DNA of 64,000 nt from Basidiobolus meristosporus CBS 931.73 (GCA_002104905.1 MCFE01000016.1:187233-251232), one strand, 5' to 3'. Positions 24,969 to 40,200 are shown, counted from the stretch's first letter. Translations and numbers: made by a program. The notes: generated by a model not told the origin, from the sequence alone.

Positions 24969-26751
24969 ATGAACGCTCTCACAACGCACAAGTGGCAGGA
25001 TTTGCCTTACGAGATATTGGCCCTCATTTTCCCGTACTTACAACCATTCCAACACGACTTGTTTGCTGCCTCTTTGGTTTGCCGACAATGGTATAGTTTC
25101 GCAGTAGGAAACTTATGGCATACACCCCAGTTCAATTCGGTGGGTTCCTTTGATGTGTTCGAGAAATGTTTACAAGCCCAACCTCATGGTACACTTGCTA
25201 CTGGCTTCATCTTATCCACTGCCCGCTATCTCACCAACCTTTTGATCTTTTTTAGCTTGCCAAGTCGTTAGAGAATTTCATCTGAAGCACTATAAAGGCC
25301 ATCTTTTCCCATACTCCTCCATTCAAGCAATTGTAAGCCAACTGCCAGCCTTGACGTCCATCCAACTTCCTCTATACAACCGAGTAAATGGCTCCGGACC
25401 ATCGGCGGAGTGCCTGTTCTCATTAACACAGGCGAAGCCGAATCTTCGTAGACTCCGGTTTAGTTGTGAGGAAGACAACATCCAGCTGATCACCGCACCC
25501 GAGAAGTTCTTTTCCTTCATGAGAAACTGCCCCAACCTCACGGAGCTCGGTTTTCAAGCACCTATGTACCAACCAACAGAACCTGTTCTGGCCTCCACTT
25601 TGCCTGAACGGGTAGCCGAATTCAGAAAAACTCTCTTCCCGATAGAGTCTCTCAAAACCCTGGAGTTGAACGGTGCCGTGGTGGAAATGACTCTATTTAC
25701 CTTGTTTTTGCCTATGGCGCCCAACCTCCAGAGCCTTTCGATCAATCTCAACGGAATCCAGGAGGATTTCATCGGAAAGATTGCTTCCATTTCCCCTCAG
25801 ATCCAGTCTTTGAAGCTTGCCTCAAAAGACGTGTATTCAGTCAGTCAATTGGTGGAAGATATCGCATATTATTTCCCGAAATTAAGCCAGTTTGATTTAT
25901 CCCTGGCGTCTGCACATCCTAGTCAAGCTGACGACCAAAGCCTATCGAAGTTCTTTGAGATCAGCTCGGGTTCTCTGACCTCCCTAAGATTAGAGCGTAC
26001 CGGTCTAAGTATCCACGGTTTGGTTTCACTGGGCAAATACGTCTCCAAAAATCTTGAGCACCTGAAGCTTCACGAAGGGTTTCATTCGCACGACGGAGAA
26101 TTGGTTGCCGCGCTGGAGAATATCTTGAAACGTTGTGGGAACAGTCTCAGGATTTTCGATTTGCGGGATGTCGATGGGCCATTGGAGGCTAGAATCGGTG
26201 AGCTGATATCGAAGTATTGCCCCAATTTAGAGGAGCTCTCCCTAGGTGCCCATAATTTCTGCGAAGCTAGCCTGTTATCAATCGTGCAACAGTGCGGGAC
26301 TCGCTTGCGCAAGTTGAGTCTTATGGGTGGCTCTGGAATGACGCCTAACGTGGTCCAGACTATCACCGACAAATGTCACTTGATTCAAGATCTGCGTATT
26401 CCCGCAAGCTCCCGTCGGTCGAAACGACAAACCGCGTTAGATTCAACCGTTCTTATTCCATTGATACAGAAACACGGTGCACGTCTCACTCATTTGAATG
26501 TGAAGTATTGGTCCATCAGTAACGACATCTTAGACACCATCGCAACTCACTGCACTCGTAGTCTGCGTGTGTTGAGGATAGAGCGTAATGACACGCTATC
26601 TCGTCCAGTCCTACTGAAAACGCTGAGATCCTGTCTCAACCTGGTTTCTGTTGATCTGTTAGAGACTACTTCGTCGTGGACACTCCCAGACTTAATAGAG
26701 AAGGAGGCTGAGCGCAGATCCATATTAGATGACAACTGCTGGTATGATTGA
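24969..26751 (+). CDS. F-box + RNI-like leucine-rich-repeat protein; one intron near 25190-25256
   Basis: F-box WQDLPYEILALIFPYL..ASLVCRQW; repeated LxxLxL..CPNL motifs; splicing joins ..QPH to ACQVVREFHL in frame. Confidence 0.88.
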
Positions 26752-28124
26752 TTCATCGATGATATCAATCGGAGCTAGCCTACATCACCCACCACACCCA
26801 CACGGCCATTTACGAAAAACGATCTTCACTTTGTATACACGTAGACAATAGTCTTCCTTGGGATTCATTTTATACATAGCGTCAGCTCCTGAGGAAGATG
26901 CTTCTCTATCCTTGACCTTCCCCTGCGGCAAGAATCTTGCTTCTGTGTGACTGCCGCCCCATTCAGCATCTTTCGTCTTTCATGCATCTATCCTTACACT
27001 TGTACACATACATTCTTCATACTTCATTGCTACAGCATCCAAGTAATGCTCAAATATACATATTTCTATTGCAACTACACGATACAAGTCAGCCTCGATT
27101 GTGTACTTTTGTATCCATATTGGAGCACCTTTTCGGCCGAATAGATGATGGAGGCGGAGGGGCCTAGGTATCCTGCCGATGCCATATATTTAGAATCTCA
27201 GTGGAATGGCCTAAGCCACCGCGACTTGGCCATTGACACCATGCTCAAATGACTCAGCATGATCTGGTGCGGATAGAATATATATAGGCCCATTGCATTG
27301 AGGCTATTCTAATTCCCAGCCTTCAGGCCGATTTTGTCAATGGGCCAGGTTCCATTCTAATGTCTATTGCTTACAATCCATACCACGATCGATGGAAAAA
27401 TTTTGGCATTGCCTCGGCTGCATCAGGGAACCATGGCCCCGGCCAACATTGTGTAAAGGTAATCTTCGATTCATCTATTTACTCACCAAATATAATATTT
27501 GCTCTCACTGGTCCCGGACTGGAAATCAACCAGAGCACACAGTCTGATAAGACAAACAATCAGCGGATAATACGATGTAGCAGCTTAATAAGTGATTGGT
27601 GCACCACCGAGGTAGCCAGGTCACTATAAGGTGATAGGCAGTTGCGGTGTTTTGGAAACCGGCATTAGGAGGTCGAGGCGGATACTCTTGATCCGTGCTC
27701 ATAGGTATATCTACTTCGATGTATATATGTTGGCATTAGAAACGACCGAACTTATCACGGTTTCTCAGGTTCATCTTACCGCCTTCGAAATTCCACATAC
27801 TTGCTATGATATCTGGTGGGTTTAGAGTTGGCCATGATAGCAGCAGCATCTACCACATAATGCTCCTTCATATGTTTGTAGTAGCTGTAATGTAACACTG
27901 TATTTTCCACTTATCCCGAATTATCCCATATCGCTGAGAATGAGCGCAGATGGATACAAGACCAATTTATTATTGAGCCTGGTTGAGTAGTGCATAACAC
28001 GAGGAATGCCAATTTGCTAAACTCGTTTTTCAGTCACTAAATAGTTACAAGTGGTAGAAAAGTGGAATGGCATGTGGGCCAGATTTACCACATGCCAGCA
28101 CCCCCAGACAGCACTACCAAAGCT

Positions 28125-30086
28125 TCAACGCCCTTTTCCTAAGACTCGATCTAAATTGAATGCGGCTGATATCAATGCAATATGCGTAAATGCTTGAGGA
28201 AAGTTCCCCAACGATTCACCACTTTTGTTGATCTCTTCCGAGTACAAGGACAAGTGGTTCGTATATCCTAACATCTGCTCGAAAATGACCATCGCATGAT
28301 AAAGCAGCGCTTTATCATACTTGCCCGCCCTCGTAAGCGCTTCCACCAGCCAGAATGTGCATAATGAGAAGCTACCTTCCTCCCCACCCACCCCATCTTC
28401 GGCTGCCATATGGTTGTATCTGTAGACCAGGTTGTTCTCAACGAGACCTCCTTTCTCAGGTATCTTCATGATGGCTTTGATGGTTTTCAGCAGCCGAGGG
28501 TCGGATGGTGCAATGAAGAATACCAATGGCATCACCAAGATGGCCGAATCCAGCGTAGTAGGTGACTCGTATGATTGAGCGAAAAATTCCAGTTCAGAAT
28601 TCCAGCCTTTCTGCATTATCTCGGTGTAGATCACGTCTCTTATGGTGAGCCATTTCACTTTATCAGTGCACGGGAAGTTGCTCCTCTTTTCGGTAAACCG
28701 TATGGCACGGTCCAATGCCACCCAGCACATGACTTTGGAATAGATGAAATTTTGCTTGGCACTTCGGACCTCCCAAATACCCATATCCGGCTGATCCCAG
28801 GCCTCACAAACGTAGTTCACCAGCCGAGTGACATACAACCACATGTCATACGAGATGGGTTTGCCGTTCTTATTGTACAAATAGATTGCATCCAAGAGCT
28901 CTCCATATATATCCAATTGTAGGTGGTCTGCTGCCCCGTTCCCTATACGTACTGGTCTTGATTCGCGGTAGCCTTCCAGATGATGTAGTTCTATCTCTTC
29001 CAAGTCCTTCTCGCCATGTATAGTATACATGATTTGTAACGAGCCATCGGGATTCATGTTGGACAGGATACGCTCCAAATAGCCCATGTAGGCGTCAGCC
29101 TCCTCAATAAAGCCGAGTCGAAGTAGGGCGTATATTGTGAATGCCGAATCCCGAATCCATGTGTACCGGTAATCCCAGTTTCGCGAACCCCCAAAATGCT
29201 CAGGCAAACTGAAGGTGGGGGCGGCGACGATAGCGCCGGTTGGAGCAAACACCATCAGTTTCAGGGCCAACGCACTTCGCAGTACGGTCTCGCGCCATTT
29301 GCCGTTGTATGTTGAGTGGCCGATCCACTTTCTCCAATAAGACAAAGTGCCATTGAATAGCTTCGACACGAAGAAGTTGGATAGATGAGGATCGAGCCCG
29401 GGGTCTTGCGGAACCTCACGCAGAATAAATGTAATCGACTGTCCTTCGGATAGCGTTATTGTGGTGGAAACACCGGGGCCTAACATTCCTTCTCTTTCCT
29501 CTATATCATACTTCCAGAATGGAGACTCATGCTCGCCGCAATCAAAAGTAAATCTAAGATCCATTGTCAGCTCAGGAGAGGCAAACTCCACCCTCCACGG
29601 CCCTAAGTGATCCTCACTCCTGGCATCTTGCATAACGTGCACGGTGGTGGTATGCTTACTTCGTGCGTAATTGAAGGCCGGGAAGCATTCTAATTTCACC
29701 TCGATCGTTCCTCTTATCGCCTCAATCCTGCGAACCATCCACGGTAGTAACACATTGCTGTGGCCAGGGATTTCTTCTGGATGATTCATGAAATCGGTGA
29801 TTTGGGACACCCCATGATCGCTCAGGAACTTAGTGGTGAGTATATTCGAATTGGGCAAATACTGTTGTTTTATGGAAGTGTAATTCAGGGGAGTAATCGA
29901 AAAATGGCCTCCTTTATTCTTGTCCAAGATACGTGCAAACACGGAAGGGCTGTCGAAGTGTGGGTAGCAGTAGTAGTCGATCGCACCATCGGTTGAGGAT
30001 AGTGCTACGGTTCGCATGTTTCCAATCAGCCCATAGCTTTCGATGGGTAGATAGCCAGTTTCACTGCGATCTTTGTAGGCAAACAT
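28125..30086 (-). CDS. Glycoside hydrolase family 15 (trehalase/glucoamylase-like), intronless
   Basis: YGLIGNMRTVAL, IVAAPTFSLPE..GGSRNWDYRYTWIRD, QLDIYGE, EGSFSLCTFW, LGNFPQAFTH motifs. Confidence 0.93.
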   Translation of the reverse strand: MFAYKDRSETGYLPIESYGLIGNMRTVALSSTDGAIDYYCYPHFDSPSVFARILDKNKGGHFSITPLNYTSIKQQYLPNSNILTTKFLSDHGVSQITDFMNHPEEIPGHSNVLLPWMVRRIEAIRGTIEVKLECFPAFNYARSKHTTTVHVMQDARSEDHLGPWRVEFASPELTMDLRFTFDCGEHESPFWKYDIEEREGMLGPGVSTTITLSEGQSITFILREVPQDPGLDPHLSNFFVSKLFNGTLSYWRKWIGHSTYNGKWRETVLRSALALKLMVFAPTGAIVAAPTFSLPEHFGGSRNWDYRYTWIRDSAFTIYALLRLGFIEEADAYMGYLERILSNMNPDGSLQIMYTIHGEKDLEEIELHHLEGYRESRPVRIGNGAADHLQLDIYGELLDAIYLYNKNGKPISYDMWLYVTRLVNYVCEAWDQPDMGIWEVRSAKQNFIYSKVMCWVALDRAIRFTEKRSNFPCTDKVKWLTIRDVIYTEIMQKGWNSELEFFAQSYESPTTLDSAILVMPLVFFIAPSDPRLLKTIKAIMKIPEKGGLVENNLVYRYNHMAAEDGVGGEEGSFSLCTFWLVEALTRAGKYDKALLYHAMVIFEQMLGYTNHLSLYSEEINKSGESLGNFPQAFTHIALISAAFNLDRVLGKGR

Positions 30087-33000
30087 TGTTGAGTGGAGGG
30101 AAGTAATAAGGTGGGTTTCCTGGTAGCCTAACTTTTATACTACTCATTTCCGAGGTACAGTTCGGAGCAGTGGTATTCATCAATTCTCTGATTTGGAGCT
30201 CGCCCACGCACTCGGCATGGTTGACTCAAATATGAATCGAGGCGGCAGGGTCGACCTATGAGGAGGCTCAATGGGATGTTGTGACTAATCTCTTTAGGCA
30301 AGACTAAAACTCACAGGCGGCCTTAACAGTAGATATGCGCCAATGAAGATCCTGTAGAGTCGATACCCATTAGTAACTGGAGCAAAGAGCAGCCTGTCAA
30401 GTTTGCTAGCTAGTGTTACGACTCGATCAGTTGAGATTGCAGGAAACATCACTCTCTACTGGCTAAGTCTTTCATTTTTCCAGGGAGAAAAGGATTGGTC
30501 GGCTCACCCAGCATGAACTGCTTTTAATACTTAGGCGAGAGTCACTGAAATACTATCAGATAAATATAACCATGGGTATTTGAAGATCACCCACCGCCGA
30601 CATTCGTAGGTAACCATTAGTAATGTGCTAGAATCACCAGTCATGTACACATCAGTTTGCACACTTGCGGAATACTGGTAAGTATTGCCAAGAGCCTGGC
30701 CGGAAAAATTCGTCCAAAAAATGCAATCCCAGTCTTGAGTTTGAAATGATGACAGCCTAATGGCTACTGCTTATTAGTGAGCGATTTAGTGATTGCGGGT
30801 AATCGCTTCGTTACGCTGCGACTGGCTTCAAGAGATAATTGGTAAACGATGAGAGAAATATGTCGTTGTTAAGCTGCTACCGCTGGTAACAATATGTTCA
30901 TCGCTTCTTGCATTATTGGCCCACTTTATGCAGCTTCGTAATCTAACACGACCCATTTATTGGTCGCTGGTGTGAAAATGCTGTAAACATTTGCGTAGTG
31001 CGTATTTATTATTCAATAGTATTTTTTCATGCAAAGCTAATTTCATTCAACACAGACAGGCCCAGCTCATTAAAATAGCACCCTAGGCATCTTCTAATTA
31101 GAACGTGTCTTTGAATCGTAGATCCATATCTGAAAAGCTCAACTGCAATATACAGACGTAGAGCACCCCGCAAAGATGCTGATCATGCCTAAGGCCTGCG
31201 ACCCAGCGTCTATTAACCGGCATTTGCAAATTTCAAGGCGTGTGCTCAACCGCTTGGGTGACTGCTATGATGACTGTCAAACATACATTGGTCAGAACGA
31301 AGGGCAACTTAAGAGCTACATATATCGTCAAACATGTAAAAGATACCATTCAAATAGAGTCTTCAAGGGAATTCATTGATTTGAATCCCAGTTCTGGCCG
31401 GAAAATAATACGATGTCTCTTATGTTTACTATGGAACAGACTCTTGCTCTTTCTCCCAATCTCTCTACTAGCGTAGAGGGCCACAAGGTTCATATTCTTA
31501 GGTTTGATTGGATTGGACCTCAATAGCATACCATCTATAATATTCCCCATGTTTGATTTACTCCACGTTCATCTGTATATCTCCGCAGTTGACAGTGTGT
31601 CATTTGGCTTGGACTGGTTACGAATCATATCACACCTGACGCCCACTCTGTTGTCGCTGAACCCGTCGTTGTTCAATGAGAGGGCCAGTGAACAGCGTAA
31701 AGAGATACGAGAACGGTGAGGGCACAATTAGGGACGAGTGCTCGCTCCAGCCAGTTTTGCGGCAGAAATCTCGATGTGCCAGATTTTCTTCCAACCACCA
31801 GTGCCGCTGGGATATGGATAGGATCAGACGATAAATGAAAATGCAATTGATTGGATCAAATGTCAGGTTGGGTTTTCTATCTAACCTTCTGGTTATGCCT
31901 GTAAGGTAGCTGAAAGTGGCTTTCGTTAGTTCGAACGAGTGACTTTTTGAGCGATACTTCAGTACCATCCGTCCAAACGCCTATTAATACGCTGGAAGGA
32001 TTTCCGCTAGAATGTTTTGGAACTCCTTTGGCGTATACAACCACCACGAAGGCATTTGCCAGGCGGTCTTGAAAGACTTTAATACGGTTTCACAGGCAAG
32101 TTGTATGTATGGAAGATCTCTTTCAAGAATACTCCTCTGATCTGACCCTGAAACCTGGTGGGTCAGTCGAAGAGCCAACCAAATCGGAAATTTGTTCATC
32201 TAGGGGTGACCAAAGCCCAATCCAGAACGGATCGAAGCCCGGCAACTAGTAAACCTCGCAGAGCCACCACGGTACATCCCAGCCCGCTCAACATTTCATT
32301 TTTTGATTGATGCTAGTTTCCTTGATCCGTGGGAATGCTCCCATCGTGAGGGTGCGAAGCCCAGCTGCTATTGGGAGCAAACACGTACGTATCCGAATTC
32401 CAGCGCCCACTACCTGCAGAACACACGATGGGATATAGGGCGCAACAGTCGATAACCAGGAAAAAGCGATAACAAAACTGTGTGACCCAGGCTGGCTTTC
32501 TAATATTTCGTATTAGCAGCACAATGAACCAAACGCCGCATCGGCCGGATAATGATGAAGACCTTCAAGGACGAGGGCTACATCAGGACTGGTATCAGCA
32601 AGGCGTTAGTGCTCCATCTCGTCTCATAGTGATAGGTGTCCTGGAACATAAAATATGATTGATACACAAGAATCTTTCAGATCAAACGCCCAGAATCCGA
32701 TCAGTTGCCTGGTTTAAGATCACCAAAGCGACTAAAAGCATCGCCTGCAACAGGGAATGTTGGTAGGTTTAGTGTTGGGTGATTGTCGTTGATGCCAAGT
32801 TTCATAAAGTCTTGAATCAGGAATAAAGGGCCAGTTCCATAAGAGTCAACTGCTGTCCGCATATCTCACCGAAACAGTACGTCAAGCGCTGATGTGATGG
32901 TTGAAGAGCACTTGTTGCCAATGTATAATCCAATGCCATATCTCACAATGCCCCTCAAAACAATCAGGTTCAATTTGATTTAACCCAGTATCAGTGCAGG

Positions 33001-34235
33001 CTTGCTTCGCAACAGGCCGCTACGGCTGCTGTAAATCTCACCACTGCTGTCAATATCTTCAGCGGTATCAGCATGATGCACCAGTCTGGACAGACAAGAG
33101 TGAGGTTTTCGAACAACCTAGAGAACACCTTACTGCAACCAGGGTGGGACGCAATTGTTGGATTCTGATCTCGTACCCGCCTCATTAGCAGCAATATCAG
33201 AAGAGTGCCTTTTCATGGACTGTCCAAGCTCGACAACAATGAAGTGTGATCGTGAGTCAACCTTTTCAAATCATGAAAATGGAGGTTTCTGTATGCTCCT
33301 CACTAGTACAGCCATGCCATGAAATCCAGTACTAACCCCTTTTCTGATAGTCTCGAAACGCATTGAACAACCCTGCTGGCCAGACATCTTACACACCTGT
33401 GACTATGGACGAGTATTTATGAAGCGCCAATAAATAGACTTTCGAAGGCCAAAATGGCGTAGGACCTCGAAGTGGCATACTAGGGACGGCATATCAAATA
33501 ACACGAAATCAGTGCCAACGTGAGCACGAATTCTAATTTCAGTACATTCAAGGAGCATCTTGTATCATCATCCACCACCTGAATATATGGCTAATCTATT
33601 GTCAGTTCATGCTTCTCATAGATGAGCAGCAGCACCAGAATTCATGCACGGCCATCGTTTTCGAGTGACAACGGCTATGTTACTAGTACTTCATTTCCAT
33701 CGTGTTACAGCCTCATTATTTTGTATCGTATACGGTGCGTGTGCGTACATTCTCTATTAGGTCTTATTTGTAGATTATAATTAACAGTCAACTAGCAATA
33801 ATTACGAATCCATATATGCGTAATTTCTTACTTCATCCACACTTGGATCTATTCTTCAACGGACGGATTCAGCGTCCATTTGTTCGGCTAGAAGACTCCC
33901 ATATGCTTTGCACATCATGATCCGTCACCATGCTCGTTTGCCGGTAGCCTTACAGTGAGTGGTAGGACGGTATCGAATTTATTTGAAATATCTGGAGCAT
34001 GCAGTAATGTTGTCTGCTAGAAGTGAGATGCTATGAAGGTGGATACTCCTAGAGTTGCTTTACAGAAGAAATTCTACTGCCAATGAATTCCACTGCGCTG
34101 AGAAGCCTTCAATCAACATTGCCCTTACTCAGTGGAATAAGAAGCATTGGCCTTTACATCTATTTTCAACATTCACAACCTAGCTTACATCCTGTCCGTT
34201 GCAAAGACCAATTAGTGGATACACCTCTACGGGGA

Positions 34236-37200
34236 TCAATTCTTGTGCCGTCCTACAAGAGCATGAAAAATACTCCAGCAGCTGCTTTTGATGTCGAATG
34301 GCTCGTCTGATTGCGCAAAATATCCTCGCATATTATCAGGAGCATTTCGAGGAACGGATCGTGGCCTGTACCCGTCGCTGCTGTATCTGCTGTGGGGTTC
34401 TGTGACCTTCGGTTCTTGAGAAGTTCGGTATTCGTAATGAGAGTCGGTGGCATTCGGTTCTTGGTAAGCTCGATACTGGTGATGGAATTCGGTATCGTTC
34501 GGCTCTTGGTAATCTCGTGGCGCTTGTGTACTTGACCGCCGAGTGAACGTGGAACTGATCCTCTTCATGAGAGGCGTGGGGCTGAATTTTCGGTGGAGAG
34601 AATGATTCCTTGAAGTATGGCTTGAGCTAAGTGCAGGTGAAAGTGATACTTGATCATGTCTAGTCGAATGGATGGATTCTACTGTGGTACGGGATGAAAA
34701 TCGAGATTGGCGTTGAGTGATGAAGCTTGGTGCGATGTACGGTGTTTCCGTCCGCCATTCTGTAGAGCTGGGTGTATCGTTGAGATCACACTCGTATATA
34801 GTATTCTCGCTATAGTCAATACTCGGAAGTCTGGCTTTTTCTTCATCTTGCGTTGTTTCTATCGAATCTTCTTGCGAGCAGGAATCCAACTCGGAGGCAC
34901 TCTCCTCACCTTCGATGATATTGCTTTTGCTGTCAGTGAGCTGAGATTGAGTGAAATATCGAAAATGAATTGGAATAATCGGGTTGGTGTAGGAACGTTT
35001 CTCTGTCATGGGAGGGCCTTCATATTGATCGGGAACCAGGTCGCAATCATCGAGAGTGGGTGGTTGGTCCTCGTGTAATTTCAGTGATTCAAAGGAGAGA
35101 TGGACCCGACGAGAAATGAAGCAGGGACTCTCCACCACCAATGTATTTTCAGGTTGTATATTGAGTGGTTGAAAGCTATCAGCATGTAAGTCGTAGTCGA
35201 AAATATCGGCTGAATCCTCTTTAGGAACTTGGTGAGGTTTCCAAGGATTATTATCTTCTACAGCTAATTCATCTAGATTGGCATCAACTAACTCCGGATT
35301 GTCTTGCGTCTCAGTAGATACTTCAGAGGAGGGAGTGCTGCTAAGCCGTGAAGAATCTTGGCTTTTGTGAAAATCGTGGAATTTTCCTAACAGTAGCTTT
35401 TGAAAATATTCTGACTCCTTCAGGCATATCTGGATAGGGGCTGGAGCTTCACTATGCTGTTGGGTAATACAACCAACCGCAGACCGAGGTCGAAGTGCTT
35501 TGCACAGCTGAGGTAATTTAGGTGTCGGGAGCTCGATCTGAGGACTTGACGCGCATAAAGTTATGGCTTTCCTATACCTTCCGGACTTTCTGAAGGCACT
35601 TAAAACACGCGTGTCGATAGTTGGTTTTTGGATCTTATCTACACCGGAGAAAGAGATGTTTACATAGGCATTCTTGGGCTCGGAATGCACAGACGATTGA
35701 GAAAGCAGTAGACAGTGAATGTGTGATCCACAACTATTACTCTGATCTTGGTATAGTGTACTAGGGGAATTATCACGATGATTCCAACTTGCCACAATCA
35801 GTGTTGCTGTATTCTCAACTCCTTCAGTTTTGGTAATGGATGAAAAGTTGTGGAGTGTTTGTTTGGATGCTTTTCCGGGAAGGAGCACTATAGCAAAGCT
35901 CAGCTGTGGCTCAGCCGCATTTTCAGCTATCAATTTTCTAACACCCAGCATACTGCCTTTATGCGAGCTAAGCTTTGGCTTGTATCTTTGAAAAGTCTGT
36001 GGCCACTGAACAGCATAGCTCGCGGCTTTAGCTCCATGAGCTGAGGAACAATTTCCGAGGGTGAATTCTACAGTCTCCGAGGGGCTTCCCTTTAATGCCA
36101 ACTTTTGAAGATATCCTAAGATTTCAACTGAGGTTGACTTCCACTGGTTTGCACCATGAGTGATGCTTACATCTCTACTGACTGTATTTTCCAGCTCCAA
36201 TACGGTATCCATCAATGGTGCATTGGCTTTGGAATAACTAAATAAATGGATAAGAATCCCTCATCCAGCAAGTGATCTCAAATTCAATGGAATAGTAGGT
36301 TACCTCTTAAGGGAAGCATCCCGATCATGGTGTATGATTTGCAAAAGCTCCCTGAGGTTGGTTGAATTACGACTGTTGTAGTGCAAATTTCGAACCGAAT
36401 CTTCACTCAAGTGGTTGATTTTGTTATCCAAGAACAGATTAAAAATCTTAGCGGCACTGTGTTGCTCCTCCTGTAACAAGGCGCTAGGGCAACGATCGGA
36501 GGCTGTATTTTGTGTGAAGGGACCTAACTGATGGACAGATGATTTTCCAGTGAAAACGTCAGCTGCAGAACTAGACGAAAGGGCCATGATATCTGTAGTT
36601 ACTTGTGGTAGTTTATACTCCACATTATTACCCAATGTGATTGTAACTATTATGCATATACTAGGCTTTCCGAGTATATCCTTAACCTCGAGTGCTATAT
36701 TGATCTTCTGCATGCTATAGTGAGGTTCGCTCTCAATGTTGATTTGTTCCCTGTCACAGTGATTTATAGGATTCTCATAGACACTCTTGAACTCGCCCTG
36801 ATTAGCTCCTACACCACAACCTCCTATGAACTCATGAGCTCCGTGCTGTTGGCTTCTTGGCTGTATGGAACATTGCACATTTGAATCGTACGGATGGTCA
36901 GCTGATTGCCTTTGCAGGCTAGAGTTACCATTGGCATCAATAGGGAAAAGCCCACTTTTCTGTTGCGAGTCAAGCTTCAATATATACTGCGTGTCATTGT
37001 TGATGTTGTTACTTTGATGCTCGTCATTTCGGCCTGTGATACGAAGTCGACTATCGTGATAATACACTTGGCCTGAAGAATCTGCTTTATCCAGAGTCGC
37101 AGCCGCGGAACTATTATGCCACAATAGTTGCTCATTAGGGCCCAGTTTTGTTATTCCTATTTTTGTGCAATATTCCATAGCGTTCTTGAGGCTCCCATTG

Positions 37201-40200
37201 CTGCTGTATTCGAGATTGTTTGTCTGCTCCTTACCACCACCTTCGTCGCAAAAGGTTCGAACCCTGATGCCCGCAGCATTCATTCCATACGGCTGGGCGT
37301 TCTGATCAGCATGAGAATCACCACCATTACTCTGAATAACATCCTGTTCAATCATATCCCGAAAGCCTAGACTATTGGTCGAAATATCTGAATCCCTACA
37401 TGGAGACGAACGTTCTTCTGGCTTGTATTGATGCGCATCGATGCACATATCGTTTAGAGATATGCTAGATATGTGAAATGCAGTAGATTCAGTCTCTGTC
37501 TTCGCCAGAGCGCACCCCAAGTTTAGATCCATACAATGAGGCACATCTATTGATGAATCTATTAATCGGTTTTCACTAACTGTCTGGTCGTTTTCTACGA
37601 GATCGGCTTCAGTTGTTTCGTGATATTGGACTTTGCAAAAGCTATCCCCAGCCTCTGTTGTGTGTAAAATCGCTGTATTACACTGCTCCGTATCGTCACC
37701 GTCCACTGGATTGATTTTTGAACTGAATTCTTGGGTTGTTGGGCTTGGAATAGTAGTCTCTATATCAAGAGATTGTTTTTCGAAGATAACCCGGTTCTCC
37801 TCTATCGTACGCTCCTGTATATAGTATGCTGGATCAGAATCGCCACTCGGGAAATGGTCGCTGCTTCCTTGGTTACAATTCGATTTAGTGCTGTCATGTT
37901 CGATAGCTCCATCCTTTAAGCCTTCTTCCCCGCTGACTGCAATATCCAGATGATCACAAGATATTATTGCATGGTCAGCTACGTCGTCCCCGCCATCAAA
38001 GTGACCTTCATTTGATTGTAGTTCATCTATCCTTGTTGATACCTCAATATCTAGAGAATTAGCAGTGTTTGTAGCTGGTTCATTCTGGCACTCCTGCTCC
38101 ACTTCAGCACTCAGACCCTCATCTATGACTCCACATGAGGAATTGATGGCCTCAATTTTGTCAATTTGATCATGCGATCGCATGGTTAATTTGTCCATTA
38201 CAGGGGCCTCATTGACGATCTCGCACTCGCCAACAACCTCGTGTACCACCCCGTCTTTGACCGAGGTAAACTGTTCCTCAAGCTGGGCGTTTTCGGTGTC
38301 ACTCTGGTCAAACCCATTAGAGGAGAAAACAGGTCTATCAGTGGCACCATTTTCGTAGTCAGAATTCAGCATTGCACCAACACAATCTGTTGGCAATACT
38401 TGTTCTTGTGAGTGCAATGGATTAGATGCTGCTTCATTAGGATTTTTTTCCTCAGCCAGAAATGAGCGCTTGGGGGAATTCAGATCTTCCCCAGGCTTTA
38501 TCTGCTCTGCCAGTTCACCAGGGGTGTCATTGGATGTTGAAGAGTGGACGACTACTTCGCCTACACAGTCTACCATAGTGATTTCTGTGGGAAACCGTGG
38601 ATCTTCATCAGGATCGCTTGACTTCTCCACTCCCTCTTCCACATTGTCTGGTGAAGAACTAATCATCGTTTCTTCCGTAGAGATCAGACTGCTTTCTACC
38701 AAAATCGATTGCTCACACAACTGGGAGTCTACACGGGCAATTGGGGATTCGTTCATCATATCAGATGTAATGAGTGCTTCTTCTAGGGGGGTAACGTGAT
38801 CTTCATCCATTGTGACTGATTGCTTAGGTGAGGACAAGTCTTCATTGAGGTTACTCAACTCGATCACTGCTGTTTCAACCTCTCCCCCAAGTGTGGAAGG
38901 CTCAACATCCATCTCTTCCAGGGAGGTCACATTGCTTTCTTCTGTTGTAGCCGATTGCTCTGACAAATGGGTATCTTCACAGGAAGCCACTGGCTCTTCT
39001 ATCACCTTTTCATTTGTCATGTCTGAATTAGACTCAATGGCTCCTTCTGAAGAAATTACAGGACTTTCGCCTAATATGGTTGATTGCTCAGGTGAATAAG
39101 AGTCTTCATTGAGATTACTCTTCTCAACCACCACTGCTTCATTTTCTTCCTTAAGTAACGAAGGCTCAATACCTATCTCTTCAGATGAGTTCGAGTTGTT
39201 TTCTTCGGTTGAAACTGATTGCTCAAGCAAATGGGAACCTTTGCTGGAAACTACTGGCTCTTCTATAGCATTCTCGCCTGTCACGTCTGAATTAGATTCG
39301 ATGGTTGCTTTTTCTAGTGAGATAACAGGACTTTCATCTGCTATGGCTGATTGTTTAGAAGTGTATGAGTCTTCAACTGTTGCTTCAATCTCTTCTCCAA
39401 TCATGGATGGCTCAATACTTGGCTCTTCCGGAGAAATCATATTGCTTTCTTCATCCATTACGATCAGATGCTCAGGCGAATAGGAGTCTTGGCTGGAAAC
39501 CGCAGACTCCTCCACCACCTCCTCACTAGCTGTATTAGGTTCGATGACTGCTTCCTCTAGTGAGGTATCAGGGCTCTCCTCCACCGAAACTGGCTCTTCA
39601 ATGGTGCATGAGTCTTCATTGGGGACGCTCTGGCCCTCCTCTATTTCTTCACTCACCACCTCTTCCAGGTTAGTAGCACAACTCTCCTCTACTATAGTTG
39701 ATTGCTCAGCGGCGCACGGGTCTTCATGACAATTATCCAACTCTTCAGGCACTTCTTCGCTCGCTTCAGCAGGTATAGCAGACTCGATAGCTACCTCCTC
39801 CAGAGAAGTAACAGGCCCAATGACTACTTCCTCCGAACAGTGAGTTTGATCCTCTTCTAATACAACTAACTGTGTGGGTGATTGTGAGCCTTCATTGGAG
39901 ATGCTCAACTCTCTCACTATCTCTGCATTCATTTTTTCAGGTGAAGAGAGCTCAACATCAATCTCTTCTGAAGGTGTTGTATTGCTTTCTTCCGTTATAA
40001 CTGATTGCTCAGGCAAAAGAGGATCTTCACTGGAAACCACTGGCTTTTCCACCACATCCTCATTTGATGAGTCCGATATATTTAACTTGGTGGCTACATC
40101 GTCTGGAGAGGTAATAGGGCTCTCTTCTACGGAGATTGGTTCCTTAATAGAGTATGACTTTACGTTAGATGTTTTCGAATCTTCCTCTGTTTCTTCTGTA

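Noticed and set aside
28125-30086. Horizontal transfer of the intronless GH15 gene from bacteria
   Set aside because: This GH15 subfamily also occurs in fungi; lack of introns alone is not evidence without a phylogeny
31630-32199. Two in-frame minus-strand ORFs separated by TAA TAG (possible pseudogene)
   Set aside because: No recognisable motif or homology support from sequence alone
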